DNA of 64,000 nucleotides from Parachlamydiales bacterium (GTDB lineage Bacteria; Chlamydiota; Chlamydiia; Chlamydiales; SM23-39): NCBI GenBank assembly GCA_015661075.1, contig JACVQJ010000011.1, positions 2,257 to 66,256 of the forward strand, read 5' to 3'. Shown piece by piece: positions 54,485 to 64,000 of this stretch (position 1 is its first letter; each line of letters starts with the position of its first letter). The notes under the pieces were generated by a model. It saw only the letters and a program-made list of their open reading frames with translations, ran no database searches and was not told where the DNA came from. The position numbers and the translations under genes were made by a program.

Positions 54485-57400
54485 ATGCTCAACTTCCGTA
54501 AACTGAAACAGGATTTTTCTTCAGCCATTTTGAAGGAAGGGCGCGCTTTACATGATAAAAAACGCATCGTGTCGGCAAAAATTATCCGCCTCGAACCCGA
54601 AACAATCCGTTTTAGCGCAAAAATTTTGGGGAATTTCGATAACGCATATGAGAGCGAAATCGAAATCGATCGATTTGAGTCCCAGGCGGTTCATACCAAT
54701 TGCGATTGTCCCAGCCGATTTGATTGCGTTCACCTCGCGGCTCTGATTTTCCATCTTGAAGAGAGGATCGATTCTCTTATCGTCGAGTTTTCGAAGGAAT
54801 CCGATATTTCCAAAAACGGGGCTTTCGATACCGCTCAGAAAAAAGAGCTCCTCGCGACCATTAAAGCGGCGGAAAGCAAAGAAGTCGTCAAACAGGACGC
54901 CCGCTATCAAAAGCAGGTTCTGCAAGAATATTGCGCCTCGGCCGATATTCTCTCCAATTCGCCGTTTTTCCTGCCGAAAGAAGAAGGAGAGCTGGCCGCC
55001 GCCGAATTGGCGATCATTATCAATCCCCAATCATTGCAAACCGCCAAGAAAAGTAGGGTCGAATATCAGCTGGCCCTCCGTTTGCCGCAGCGCTCCAAAC
55101 CGTTACAAATATCTTATTTGAAAGGCTTTATGGAGTCGGTCCGCTACGAAGAGCCGGTCTTTGTCGGCGGCCGCAAGCTGTTTTTTTCGACCAAGAGCTT
55201 TGATTCGGCCGGATCGGCTCTTTTGCAGATCATCCTCGACCACTCCAAGCTCAGCGACGCCGCTGTCGGCGATCGCGCGCACAGGGTTGCGCAGCTGGAT
55301 TCGGAAATCGTTGGCATGATGCTCGCCAAGACCTTTGAATTTGCGATGCATTGCAGCGCTTCTCGCAACTTTAGTGACGAGGACGACGAAAAGCCCATCT
55401 TGCCCTGTCTGTTCCTGGGATCTTTGGAAACCCCGTTGCGCTACTGTCCGAACAGCGCGGCATTGCGATTTTGTCTGGAATATATCGAGCCGCCTGCCGC
55501 CAAGATTTTGATTCGGCCCAAACTGGTTTTTGACAACCAGGTGCTGAATATTGAAGAAGCAATTCTCTTTGAATGCGCCCAGCCCGGCTTGCTGGTGCAG
55601 GATACCTATTATCGTTTTTCGCCCCATATCAAGCGGACGCACTTGCTGAATTTGCCCCAGATCTCCGACATGACGATTCCGGAGCCGCTCTTCGGCACTT
55701 TCGTGGAAAACGCCATGCCTGAACTGCGCCGGTTTGCCGAGATCGCCAATGCCGAGGTCATCGAAAATTTTGTGACCCTGCCCTATGCCGGCAAACTGGG
55801 TGCGCGCTGCAATCTGTCCTATCTGGATGGCGAGCTCGATGCGACCTTATTTTTCTCATACGATGGCCACGAGGTGCCGTCGATCACTTCCAAACTCATT
55901 TATGATGATTTGACCGCATTTGTCTCGAAAGATGGCATTGTCGCCCGCAATCTTGTGGAAGAAAGGGCTATTGCCGAAGAGCTGTTCCAGGATTTTGTCT
56001 ACAATCCGCAGACCTCTGCGTTTGTCGCGAAGACGGAAAAAAAGATCGTCGAGTTCATGACGGGAACCATTCCCCGCAATCAGGCACGGGTGCAATTCGA
56101 GTGCCCGCAGAATTTGCTCGACCAGTTTATTTACGAAGAAACGTCGTTCAAGCTCGTTCTCGACGCCAGCGATTCGGTCGGCTATTACGATCTCGATTTA
56201 AAAGTCGACGGCTCATTGAAGGGCGTCAAATTGGATCTTCTCTGGGAATGCATTGGCGCGAAGCGCTCCTACATTGAGATTGACGCTGCCCGCCAGGTGT
56301 CCAAATCGCGCTTTTCAAAAATTCTCGTCCTCGATCTGGACAAGATCGCAAAGCTCGTCCAGCTGTTCGACGAGCTCGGCATCAAGAAACTCGATGATAT
56401 TGTCGAAAAAAGACCCTTATGGAACCTCGCGACGATCGATCCCCAGGCATTCAACAACCTGCCGGTCGAGTTCGTTATGAAGCCTCAATTGCTGCAGATT
56501 CGCAGCCAGATGCTCGGCGAGACTCGTTTTGAGTCATCTCCGATTCCGAAGGAGCTCACCGCTGAGCTGAGAGCCTATCAAGTGGAAGGAGTCCATTGGC
56601 TCGAGCGTCTCCGGATGATGTATCTCAACGGTATTTTAGCCGATGATATGGGCCTGGGAAAAACGCTGCAGGCGATCGCGGCCATCACCCAGCACCACAA
56701 CAAGCACAAGGGCTCTCATACCCTGATCGTATGCCCCACTTCGCTTCTCTATAACTGGAAAGAGGAGCTGCATAAATTCAATGCCAAATTGAAGGTCGTG
56801 GTGGTCGATGGAGTTCCCGGCAACCGCAAAAAGACCATATCCAAAATCGCGGACTTCGACATCGTCATCACTTCCTATACGCTGATGCAAAAAGACATCG
56901 AGACTTACAGCCAGACTAATTTTGCCTACGCCGTTCTGGACGAAGCCCAGCATATCAAGAACCGTGGCACGCGCAATGCCAGGTCCGTGAAGATGATCCA
57001 GGCGGCCCACCGGCTGATATTGACCGGTACGCCGATCGAAAATTCGCTCGAAGAGCTGTGGAGCCTGATGGACTTTTTGATGCCGGGCTTTTTGAGCAGC
57101 TTCGATCGCTTTATGGAAAAGTACATTCGGGTCGCCGGAGTGCAGCATGTGCAAAACATCGAATATCTGCGCCGGAAGGTGTCTCCCTTTATTTTGCGCC
57201 GCATGAAGGCCGATGTGCTCAAAGACTTGCCCCCGGTCTCCGAAATCGTCTATCACTGCCAGCTCTCCGATGTGCAGCAGGATCTCTACAGATCTTACGC
57301 CCAATCGGCGCGCGACGAGCTGGTCAAATTGGTCGAGCGCGACGGATTTGAAAAAGTGCAAATCCACGTCCTGGCCACACTGACTCGCCTCAAGCAGATT

Positions 57401-57958
57401 TGCTGCCATCCCGCGATTTTTGCGAAAGAAAAGGCCGATCCCGGCGATTCGGCCAAATACGAAATGCTTCTGGAATTATTACAGACCCTTGTCGAAAGCG
57501 GTCACAAAACGGTCATTTTCAGCCAATACACGCGGATGCTGGGGATCATGCGGGATGATTTCGAACAAAGAGGCATTCCGTTCAGCTATCTCGACGGATC
57601 GTCCAAAAACCGCCTTGAAATCGTCAAGGAATTCAACGAAGATCCCAAAATTCCCGTCTTCCTGGTTTCTTTGAAGGCCGGCGGCACCGGTTTGAATCTG
57701 ACGGGCGCCGACACTGTGATTCATTACGATATGTGGTGGAATCCCGCTGTGGAAAACCAGGCCACCGACCGCGTGCACCGCATTGGCCAGAAAAATTCGG
57801 TGTCCGCCTACAAGCTGATCACGCTCGGCACGATCGAAGAGAAAATCGTCGAGATGCAGAGGCGCAAAAAAGGATTGGTCAAGAAAGTTGTCTCCTGCGA
57901 TGATGAGGCTATTGCGAAATTGACCTGGGAAGATGTTCTAGAACTCCTACAGACTTGA
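54485..57958 (+). CDS. SNF2-family helicase with an N-terminal SWIM zinc finger
   Basis: SWIM motif [15 protein letters not shown]. Helicase motifs [26 protein letters not shown] and the C-terminal [11 protein letters not shown]. Confidence 0.9.
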   Translation: MLNFRKLKQDFSSAILKEGRALHDKKRIVSAKIIRLEPETIRFSAKILGNFDNAYESEIEIDRFESQAVHTNCDCPSRFDCVHLAALIFHLEERIDSLIVEFSKESDISKNGAFDTAQKKELLATIKAAESKEVVKQDARYQKQVLQEYCASADILSNSPFFLPKEEGELAAAELAIIINPQSLQTAKKSRVEYQLALRLPQRSKPLQISYLKGFMESVRYEEPVFVGGRKLFFSTKSFDSAGSALLQIILDHSKLSDAAVGDRAHRVAQLDSEIVGMMLAKTFEFAMHCSASRNFSDEDDEKPILPCLFLGSLETPLRYCPNSAALRFCLEYIEPPAAKILIRPKLVFDNQVLNIEEAILFECAQPGLLVQDTYYRFSPHIKRTHLLNLPQISDMTIPEPLFGTFVENAMPELRRFAEIANAEVIENFVTLPYAGKLGARCNLSYLDGELDATLFFSYDGHEVPSITSKLIYDDLTAFVSKDGIVARNLVEERAIAEELFQDFVYNPQTSAFVAKTEKKIVEFMTGTIPRNQARVQFECPQNLLDQFIYEETSFKLVLDASDSVGYYDLDLKVDGSLKGVKLDLLWECIGAKRSYIEIDAARQVSKSRFSKILVLDLDKIAKLVQLFDELGIKKLDDIVEKRPLWNLATIDPQAFNNLPVEFVMKPQLLQIRSQMLGETRFESSPIPKELTAELRAYQVEGVHWLERLRMMYLNGILADDMGLGKTLQAIAAITQHHNKHKGSHTLIVCPTSLLYNWKEELHKFNAKLKVVVVDGVPGNRKKTISKIADFDIVITSYTLMQKDIETYSQTNFAYAVLDEAQHIKNRGTRNARSVKMIQAAHRLILTGTPIENSLEELWSLMDFLMPGFLSSFDRFMEKYIRVAGVQHVQNIEYLRRKVSPFILRRMKADVLKDLPPVSEIVYHCQLSDVQQDLYRSYAQSARDELVKLVERDGFEKVQIHVLATLTRLKQICCHPAIFAKEKADPGDSAKYEMLLELLQTLVESGHKTVIFSQYTRMLGIMRDDFEQRGIPFSYLDGSSKNRLEIVKEFNEDPKIPVFLVSLKAGGTGLNLTGADTVIHYDMWWNPAVENQATDRVHRIGQKNSVSAYKLITLGTIEEKIVEMQRRKKGLVKKVVSCDDEAIAKLTWEDVLELLQT

Positions 57959-57965
57959 GCAAAAT

Positions 57966-59057
57966 ATGAGCAATTCGACGTACGAAAATGTGCGGCATTG
58001 GCTGGATGAAGCAAGACATCTCGCGCTCAAGAAAGTGCATCGGCTCTCCGGTATATTTTCCAGCGATATCGGGATCGACCTCGGCACGGCCAATACACTT
58101 GTGTTTGTGCGCGGCAAGGGGATCGTTCTGGCTGAGCCATCGGTCGTCGCTGTCGATAGCCTGACGAATGAAGTTCTCGCGGTTGGCCATAAGGCCAAGG
58201 CCATGCTGGGAAAAACGCCTAGAAAAATTCATGCCGTCCGCCCGATGAAAGACGGCGTCATCGCTGACTTTGAGATTGCGGAAGGGATGCTCAAGGCTCT
58301 CATCAAGCGTGTCACTCCCGCTCGCAGTCTGTTCCGCCCCCGCATCCTGATCGCCGTTCCCTCCGGAATCACCGGTGTGGAAAAGCGGGCCGTTGAAGAT
58401 TCGGCCCTGCATGCCGGCGCCCAGGAAGTAATTCTCATTGAAGAGCCCATGGCCGCTGCGATCGGCGTCGATCTGCCGGTCCATGAGCCGTCCGGCAATA
58501 TGATCATCGATATCGGCGGCGGTACGACGGAAATCGCCATCATTTCTCTCGGCGGCATTGTCGAATCGAGATCGCTGCGTATCGCCGGCGACGAATTCGA
58601 CGACTGCATCATGAACTACATGCGCCGCACGTACAATCTCATGATCGGCCCTCGGACCGCGGAAGAGATTAAAATGACCATCGGCTCAGCCTATTCTATG
58701 GGCAATAACGAGCTGGAGATGGAAGTGCGCGGCCGCGACCAGGTGGCGGGTTTGCCCATCACCAAACGAATCAATTCTGTTGAAATCCGCGAATGTCTGG
58801 CGGAACCGATTCAGCAAATCATCGAAAGCGTGAAACTGACTCTGGAAAAGTGCCCCCCTGAATTGGCGGCAGACCTCGTCGAGCGAGGAATGGTGCTCGC
58901 CGGCGGCGGCGCTCTGATGAAGGGCCTTGATAAGGCCCTCATTAAAGAAACCGGCCTGCCTGTCTTTGTCGCGCCGAATCCTTTACTCGCCGTATGCCTG
59001 GGCACTGGCAAGGCGCTGGAATATCTCGACAAGTACAAGAAGAAAAAGTCATTCTAA
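57966..59057 (+). CDS. mreB: rod-shape / cell-division actin homologue MreB
   Basis: [43 protein letters not shown]. Confidence 0.95.
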   Translation: MSNSTYENVRHWLDEARHLALKKVHRLSGIFSSDIGIDLGTANTLVFVRGKGIVLAEPSVVAVDSLTNEVLAVGHKAKAMLGKTPRKIHAVRPMKDGVIADFEIAEGMLKALIKRVTPARSLFRPRILIAVPSGITGVEKRAVEDSALHAGAQEVILIEEPMAAAIGVDLPVHEPSGNMIIDIGGGTTEIAIISLGGIVESRSLRIAGDEFDDCIMNYMRRTYNLMIGPRTAEEIKMTIGSAYSMGNNELEMEVRGRDQVAGLPITKRINSVEIRECLAEPIQQIIESVKLTLEKCPPELAADLVERGMVLAGGGALMKGLDKALIKETGLPVFVAPNPLLAVCLGTGKALEYLDKYKKKKSF

Positions 59058-59080
59058 ATTTATTTTTTGGGGGTAGTCCG

Positions 59081-60889
59081 ATGGAGTTCAATGTTCCTTT
59101 GGCCCAATGGACGAAAAATCGCCTCCTCATTCAATGGATTGAAGAACAAATCGCTTTATGCCAGCCATCGAGTGTCCATCTGTGCGATGGCAGCGCAGAG
59201 GAATACGACCGCATCGCCCATCAGATGACAGCGGCGGGCGTGCTGGTGCCATTAAAAAAACGGCCAGCCAGTTACTGGTGCCATACCAATCCCGATGATG
59301 TGGCGCGCGTCGAAGAGAGTACCTTTATTTGTTCCAAACATGCAGAAGACGCCGGGCCCCAGAACCACTGGCGCGATCCGGCGGAGATGAAAAAGAAACT
59401 TCTATCTCTTTTTGCCCGCTGCATGCGCGGACGGACGATGTATGTCATTCCGTATTGCATGGGGCCTCTGGCGTCGAGTTATTCGCGCGTCGGCGTTGAA
59501 ATTACGGATTCTCCTTATGTCGTTTTGAATATGAAGATCATGACCCGCATGGGCCAGGTTGCGCTCGATCATCTGGGCGATCAACCGTTTATACCGGGGC
59601 TTCACTCGGTCGGCCATCCTCTGAGTAAAGGGGAAAAGGACACGCTCTGGCCGTGCAATCCGAAAGAGCGGGTGATTGCGCATTTTCCGGAAGAAAAGAG
59701 CATTTATTCCTTTGGCAGCGGCTACGGCGGTAATGCCTTGCTGGGCAAGAAGTGCTTGGCCCTGCGCATCGCGTCTGTGTTGGGCAAGAACGAGGGATGG
59801 CTTGCGGAACACATGATGATTTTGGGGCTGACCCATCCTGCGGGACAAAAAATCTATATCGCGGCTGCTTTTCCCAGCGCTTGCGGCAAAACCAATCTGG
59901 CGATGCTGACGCCGACTCTGCCGGGCTGGAAGGTCGAATGCGTGGGGGATGATATTGCCTGGATGCATATCGGCGATGACGGAAGGCTCTATGCGATTAA
60001 TCCCGAAGCCGGTTTTTTCGGCGTGGCGCCGGGCACATCGATGAAGACGAATCCCAACGCTATGCGGACGATTGAGCATGATACTCTGTTCACCAACACC
60101 GCATTGACGCCGGACAAAGACGTTTGGTGGGAGGGCATCGGATCACCGCCGCCCGCCCATCTCACATCATGGCTGGGAGTGATGTGGGATCCGGCCAGCC
60201 GAAAACCCGCGGCCCATCCCAATTCGCGTTTTACCGTTTCGGCTAAACAATGTCCGATCGCCAGCCCGGCAATGGAAGATCCGTGCGGGGTGCCGATTGC
60301 GGCGATTCTGTTCGGGGGCCGCCGCAATCGCGTCATGCCGCTCGTGCTGGAATCGTTCAGCTGGAATCACGGGGTGATGCTGGGCGCTAGCCTGACATCG
60401 GAAACGACGGCAGCGGCCAAAGGCAAGACAGGGGAGTTGCGCCACGATCCCTTCGCGATGCTGCCCTTTTGCGGCTATAATATGGGGGATTATTTTTCCC
60501 ATTGGCTGGCGATGGGGCGCCGATTGCAGAAGGCGCATGCCCCGCGCATCTACTCAGTCAACTGGTTTCGAACGGGCGATGACGGAAAATTTTTGTGGCC
60601 CGGATTTGGAGATAATGTCCGCGTGCTCAAATGGATTTTTGAGCGCGTCACCGATCGTTGCGAAGCAGGGCTTTCCCCGATCGGCCATCTTCCCATGATG
60701 GGATCGATTGATCTGTCGAATCTCAATATTCCCATCGAGCCTTTATTTGAGCTGCATCAAAAAGAATGGATGAATGAGGTCCAAGAGCTGCAGCGCTTTT
60801 TTGAATCGTTCGGATCCCGATTCCCGAAGGCGCTGATGGATGAGCTGCATCAATTGGAGCAGCGGATCAATCGCTGGCAAGACGATTAA
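59081..60889 (+). CDS. pckG: phosphoenolpyruvate carboxykinase (GTP)
   Basis: Kinase-1a FPSACGKTNLAML, plus WMHIGDDG and NWFR motifs. I prefer the ATG at 59081 (MEFNVPLAQW); the track ORF starts inside mreB. Confidence 0.9.
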   Translation: MEFNVPLAQWTKNRLLIQWIEEQIALCQPSSVHLCDGSAEEYDRIAHQMTAAGVLVPLKKRPASYWCHTNPDDVARVEESTFICSKHAEDAGPQNHWRDPAEMKKKLLSLFARCMRGRTMYVIPYCMGPLASSYSRVGVEITDSPYVVLNMKIMTRMGQVALDHLGDQPFIPGLHSVGHPLSKGEKDTLWPCNPKERVIAHFPEEKSIYSFGSGYGGNALLGKKCLALRIASVLGKNEGWLAEHMMILGLTHPAGQKIYIAAAFPSACGKTNLAMLTPTLPGWKVECVGDDIAWMHIGDDGRLYAINPEAGFFGVAPGTSMKTNPNAMRTIEHDTLFTNTALTPDKDVWWEGIGSPPPAHLTSWLGVMWDPASRKPAAHPNSRFTVSAKQCPIASPAMEDPCGVPIAAILFGGRRNRVMPLVLESFSWNHGVMLGASLTSETTAAAKGKTGELRHDPFAMLPFCGYNMGDYFSHWLAMGRRLQKAHAPRIYSVNWFRTGDDGKFLWPGFGDNVRVLKWIFERVTDRCEAGLSPIGHLPMMGSIDLSNLNIPIEPLFELHQKEWMNEVQELQRFFESFGSRFPKALMDELHQLEQRINRWQDD

Positions 60890-60893
60890 TCCA

Positions 60894-61264
60894 ATGAGAC
60901 TATTGATTCAAAGAGTATTGAGCGCGCGCGTCGACACTGAGGGGCGGAGCGTTTCCATTGGTTGCGGGGCACTGGTCTTTTTTGGGGCCCACCATGAAGA
61001 CAAGATGGATCAAATCTTTTATCTCGCGAAGAAACTCACCCAGCTTCGCATGTTCAGCGATGCGGCGGATAAAATGAATCTGTCGCTTCTCGATATCAAG
61101 GGATCCGTGCTGATCGTCTCTCAGTTCACTCTCTATGCCGATTGCAAAAGCGGGAATCGGCCCTCATTTACCGAGTGGAAACGGGCCTCTTCGGCGCAAA
61201 AATGCAGGTCCATCTCATCAATGACGGGCCTGTTACATTGCTGATCGATGCGCCTTTAAATTAA
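60894..61264 (+). pseudogene. dtd: D-aminoacyl-tRNA deacylase (dtd) with an internal deletion and frameshift
   Basis: MRLLIQRV...[20 protein letters not shown] is in one frame. The conserved C-terminus [26 protein letters not shown] is in another frame. About 20 residues normally lying between them are missing. Confidence 0.6.
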
Positions 61265-61268
61265 TCTA

Positions 61269-62633
61269 TTAGCAGAAAGTGGGTACATAATCAACTCCAT
61301 TATTTTGAGAGGGGGTATATTTATCTTCAGAAGCGCAGCCTTTTGTTACAGTACATCGAATGGAATGGAAAAATAACGACACTTGTAATGTAATCGTGCG
61401 CTCTTGCTTTAAGAGGCTGGATAGCAATTGACGGTCTTTATCTTTTATTGTGGAAGAAAAAATGGCATTAACGATTTCTAGGTTATCGAGATAGTTTGGA
61501 TCAACTTTGTCACATGGGCGATTTCTTAGGCAACTAAACCATCCTGAAGCATGTGGTTTAATGATAATATTCCACAAGGCTGGGTCTTTTTCATGAGTGT
61601 CAAACGGGCGTGTCAGTTTAGCTTCCACTTCTTTCTTATCGGTGATAAAAGATAAGTTCTCATTAATTTTTCGCTCTATGCCTCTAAACGTTCTCCCTTG
61701 CAACACGGCGCGAGCAGCAAGTAGAACTGATTTTTTGATATCGCTAGTTTGGTCTGGAAGGGATAGTATCTCCTCCTCCGTCTCGTCCAATTCAACGACA
61801 TGGGAACTCCCGCCACCTTCTAAAATAGTATCGACCAATGGCATTGAAGCGGGAAGGGTACTATTAACTCTATTATAAAAGAGGACAAGGGCATTTGTAT
61901 CACCTGGACTTTTTAGCTTGCAGCCCATCTCTTGTAAGCGTAAAGTGTCGCAAAAGATCCTGTCTGAGTAACTGCGCTTTAACCGTTGACCAATCGCATC
62001 TATTAACATTGTCAATTGCCAGAATGGATCTGTCGAATTCTGAGAAGGATGACATGATCTTTGAGCAAAATATTCTTGACCTTCTTTCTTTGTATAAAAG
62101 ATAACATCGCATTTCCATCGTTGCTTGCTTTCGTGATGCCTTAAAAACATTCCCTTTGCTAGTTCAGAATCATAATCATTACCCATAAAACAACTGCCGG
62201 TCAGCCGCAAAAGGGTTGTAAAATCCTCGGCTGCAGGGGCTATGTATTCGACGTTATCTGAGGAAGGTAAAGTAACAAGCATGGCTGGTATCTCTTCAAA
62301 AGGTTGGTTAACTTGTTGTGTTCCAAGGTGGTTTGCAACGGGAGCACAGACGCCGGTGGTGGTAGTCAGCCCATGGTTTGGCGGTTCACCATTTAAGCTT
62401 TTGCCAAAAATCTGTAATATTTTTTTTGTTGTCACATATAAAACGGCTGAAATAGTTATAGTAATTAGCATGGCAGGCAGAAGCGGTAGCGTTGCGACAG
62501 TCAAAATGGCTGTGAAAATAATTATTGCTGCAGCAGAAACTTTCATTGGAGTTATATGTAAACAAAATCTTGTGTTTTGTTCGCGATGGTTGCGGCTGTC
62601 AGGTATAGGTAAAGTTGTTGACATAATATACAT
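61269..62633 (-). CDS. orphan protein with an Inc-like bilobed hydrophobic N-terminus
   Basis: 454 aa. Residues 30-70, KVSAAAIIIFTAILTVATLPLLPAMLITITISAVLYVTT, form two adjacent hydrophobic lobes. The rest is soluble with no recognisable domain. Confidence 0.55.
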   Translation of the reverse strand: MYIMSTTLPIPDSRNHREQNTRFCLHITPMKVSAAAIIIFTAILTVATLPLLPAMLITITISAVLYVTTKKILQIFGKSLNGEPPNHGLTTTTGVCAPVANHLGTQQVNQPFEEIPAMLVTLPSSDNVEYIAPAAEDFTTLLRLTGSCFMGNDYDSELAKGMFLRHHESKQRWKCDVIFYTKKEGQEYFAQRSCHPSQNSTDPFWQLTMLIDAIGQRLKRSYSDRIFCDTLRLQEMGCKLKSPGDTNALVLFYNRVNSTLPASMPLVDTILEGGGSSHVVELDETEEEILSLPDQTSDIKKSVLLAARAVLQGRTFRGIERKINENLSFITDKKEVEAKLTRPFDTHEKDPALWNIIIKPHASGWFSCLRNRPCDKVDPNYLDNLEIVNAIFSSTIKDKDRQLLSSLLKQERTITLQVSLFFHSIRCTVTKGCASEDKYTPSQNNGVDYVPTFC

Positions 62634-62738
62634 CCATTAAAACGATAGCATAATATCTTACTCGTTCAACAAACAGAAGATAAATGTTTTTTTTCAAGAC
62701 ACTGCGCACACACTTGATATCGCAATTCCATTTTCGAG

Positions 62739-62855
62739 TTACTAATCCACTCGTCAAATAAGTAACAAAATGCTTGCTGCGGCTTTGCCATATTGATCCT
62801 CCAACGTCGGCCATAGTTCTACTATGGCCTCCTCCTTCGGACCGCGGATTAGTAA
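62739..62855. repeat. palindromic repeat G1 (117 bp) with TTACTAATCC / GGATTAGTAA ends
   Basis: 10-bp perfect terminal inverted repeat. The interior is about 75 percent identical by eye to G2 and contains the hairpin GGCCATAG-ttcta-CTATGGCC. Confidence 0.6.
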
Positions 62856-62860
62856 GTCAT

Positions 62861-63253
62861 TTAGCCAACATTCCTTGTCCCGAGGTAATTTCTGGAAGCG
62901 AGGAATGCTTTCGCTGCAGCAAAACGCACCAGCCAGGCAGCGGCGGTAAAAGCTGCAAATGCGGTGACAGCATTTATTTTTTGTTCGGGCCTTGACAGTT
63001 CTCCTTTATTTACTAGATATGTAAGAATGGTGCTGGCAATCCACGCATTATCTAATAAGACATTGGTCAAGACAAACCAGGTTTTATCGCTTACATTTTC
63101 TTTTACCAGATTCCGGCAAGTTAACATTGCCTGTCGTATCCGGTTAAGACGAGGATCTGACGATTTGTTGGGTTGTTTGGATAAAAAGTCTAAAGCTTTT
63201 TGCCCGACATAAACAACTAAACCGACGGTAGCGCTTTCCACTAATTTATTCAT
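62861..63253 (-). CDS. orphan small membrane protein
   Basis: 130-aa ORF with RBS GGAGG 8 nt upstream. Hydrophobic segments at both ends. Confidence 0.5.
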   Translation of the reverse strand: MNKLVESATVGLVVYVGQKALDFLSKQPNKSSDPRLNRIRQAMLTCRNLVKENVSDKTWFVLTNVLLDNAWIASTILTYLVNKGELSRPEQKINAVTAFAAFTAAAWLVRFAAAKAFLASRNYLGTRNVG

Positions 63254-63273
63254 AATTTACCTCCAAATATAGT

Positions 63274-63447
63274 TTACTAACACGGCACTCAAAATGGTTA
63301 CTATTGGCTGGCTGCGGCTTCGCCATATCAATCTTCTCTCGTCGCCCATAGCGAAAACTATGGGCTTCTCGTTCAGACCGCTTTCGCTTTGATCTTGCTT
63401 TGCCTCGCATGCGCCATTTGTCACCATTTTGAGTGCCGGGTTAGTAA
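63274..63447. repeat. palindromic repeat G2 (174 bp) with TTACTAA...TTAGTAA ends
   Basis: 25-bp terminal inverted repeat with one mismatch (63274-63298 against 63423-63447). The interior is homologous to G1, with hairpin GCCCATAG-cgaaaa-CTATGGGC. It lies about 100 nt downstream of the TnpB-like ORF. Confidence 0.6.
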
Positions 63448-63545
63448 TCAATCGCTATGTTCTGCATTGGCAGTTCAGTACTGACAACATACCGCTCAAA
63501 AAAATCTAGGCAAATCTACACAAACGCATAGACAAACCGGACACG

Positions 63546-64000
63546 TCAACCGAGCAGTCGGGTTAACGATTCGCGTGCCGGAATCTCGCCGACATGATCC
63601 GAGAGCTTTTTTATCACAAGAGTCGCTTTTAGAGGGACTCCAGGATCGGCTTTCACCGCCCGGAAATGCGCTGTTAGCGCCGCTGAGAATTTCTTATTGA
63701 GCTGCCTCCATTGGTTCCACACATGCCGAGATCGATTCCTTACAGGTAGATCAAGGGTGACGTGGCCCCCTTTTCCATCGGGAATATCCCGTAGGCCTTG
63801 AGGCATTCTTTCAGAAACTCCTAAAAATCGACGGCCGATACAAAGAGCCGCCGCTAAATGAACGGTTAATCCATAACGCTTTGCAAATTTAACCCGTCCA
63901 ATGAGAGAAGTAAACGCAGGGTTGATGCTATGGACTTCTATTCCATGTGCTGCTCCGCGGTTTTTTAGGTGAGCAATCATTGATGCATAGGCAAAAGCAC
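63546..64000 (-). CDS. IS200/IS605-type OrfB/TnpB-like protein, 5' end cut by the window edge
   Basis: The reading frame is open to position 64000. AFAYASMIAHLKNRGAAHGIEVHSINPAFTS resembles the TnpB RuvC-II region. What follows, LIGRVKFAKRYGLTVHLAAALCIGRR, has no CxxC zinc ribbon and no Asp in the RuvC-III position. Confidence 0.5.
   Translation of the reverse strand, partial: AFAYASMIAHLKNRGAAHGIEVHSINPAFTSLIGRVKFAKRYGLTVHLAAALCIGRRFLGVSERMPQGLRDIPDGKGGHVTLDLPVRNRSRHVWNQWRQLNKKFSAALTAHFRAVKADPGVPLKATLVIKKLSDHVGEIPARESLTRLLG

Noticed and set aside
62599-62814. Small ORFs starting inside repeats G1 and G2 (MADVGGSIWQSRSKHFVTYLTSGLV... and MGDERRLIWRSRSQPIVTILSAVLV...), with the ATG buried in the conserved hairpin. 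Considered as a possible type I toxin peptide.
   Set aside because: The peptide similarity is fully explained by the nucleotide identity of the repeats. The hydrophobic stretch is too short for a typical type I toxin. The two reading frames also end very differently (71 aa against about 30 aa from the shared Met).

Overview
This window looks like an environmental Chlamydiae-type chromosome. That is an inference from one block (22.4-38.7 kb, minus strand), which reproduces the chlamydia-specific type III secretion gene order: Scc4-like chaperone, sctD with two FHA domains, cdsE-like, sctF needle, cdsG-like TPR chaperone, a CT668-like protein, sctN, sctO, sctP, sctQ, sctC. Housekeeping genes surround it: der, a SulP permease, metG, clpX, clpP, tig, tRNA-Gly(GCC), a SWIM-SNF2 helicase, mreB, GTP-PEPCK and a damaged dtd.

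The T3SS block is not ordinary:
- sctO is isolated between two toxin-antitoxin cassettes. One toxin is doubly inactivated.
- The usual pkn5 position between sctQ and sctC holds only a perfect 34-bp palindrome.
- The secretin is 1448 aa and carries about ten tandem N-domain-like modules.
- The secretin is translationally coupled to a TPR lipoprotein, which is followed by a cysteine-less YidD-like protein.

Directly upstream lies an AT-rich six-gene operon of orphan proteins (38.8-45.1 kb). Their features fit T3SS substrates or translocators, and this operon is my best candidate for an undescribed functional module.

Mobile and selfish DNA is abundant:
- a family of 106-166 bp nested-palindrome MITE-like elements flanked by TTA duplications, one of them sitting inside the dead toxin gene
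- a second repeat type with TTACTAA/TTAGTAA ends next to a TnpB-like gene
- a decayed IS4-family element with intact inverted repeats
- a group IIC intron inserted in the U-tract of a bidirectional terminator

The other accessory genes are AT-rich orphan ORFs. They include an LRR protein with an Inc-like hydrophobic N-terminus and a DUF234-type ATPase preceded by a periodic operator-like array.

All functional calls come from motif and synteny recognition by eye. No database search was run.
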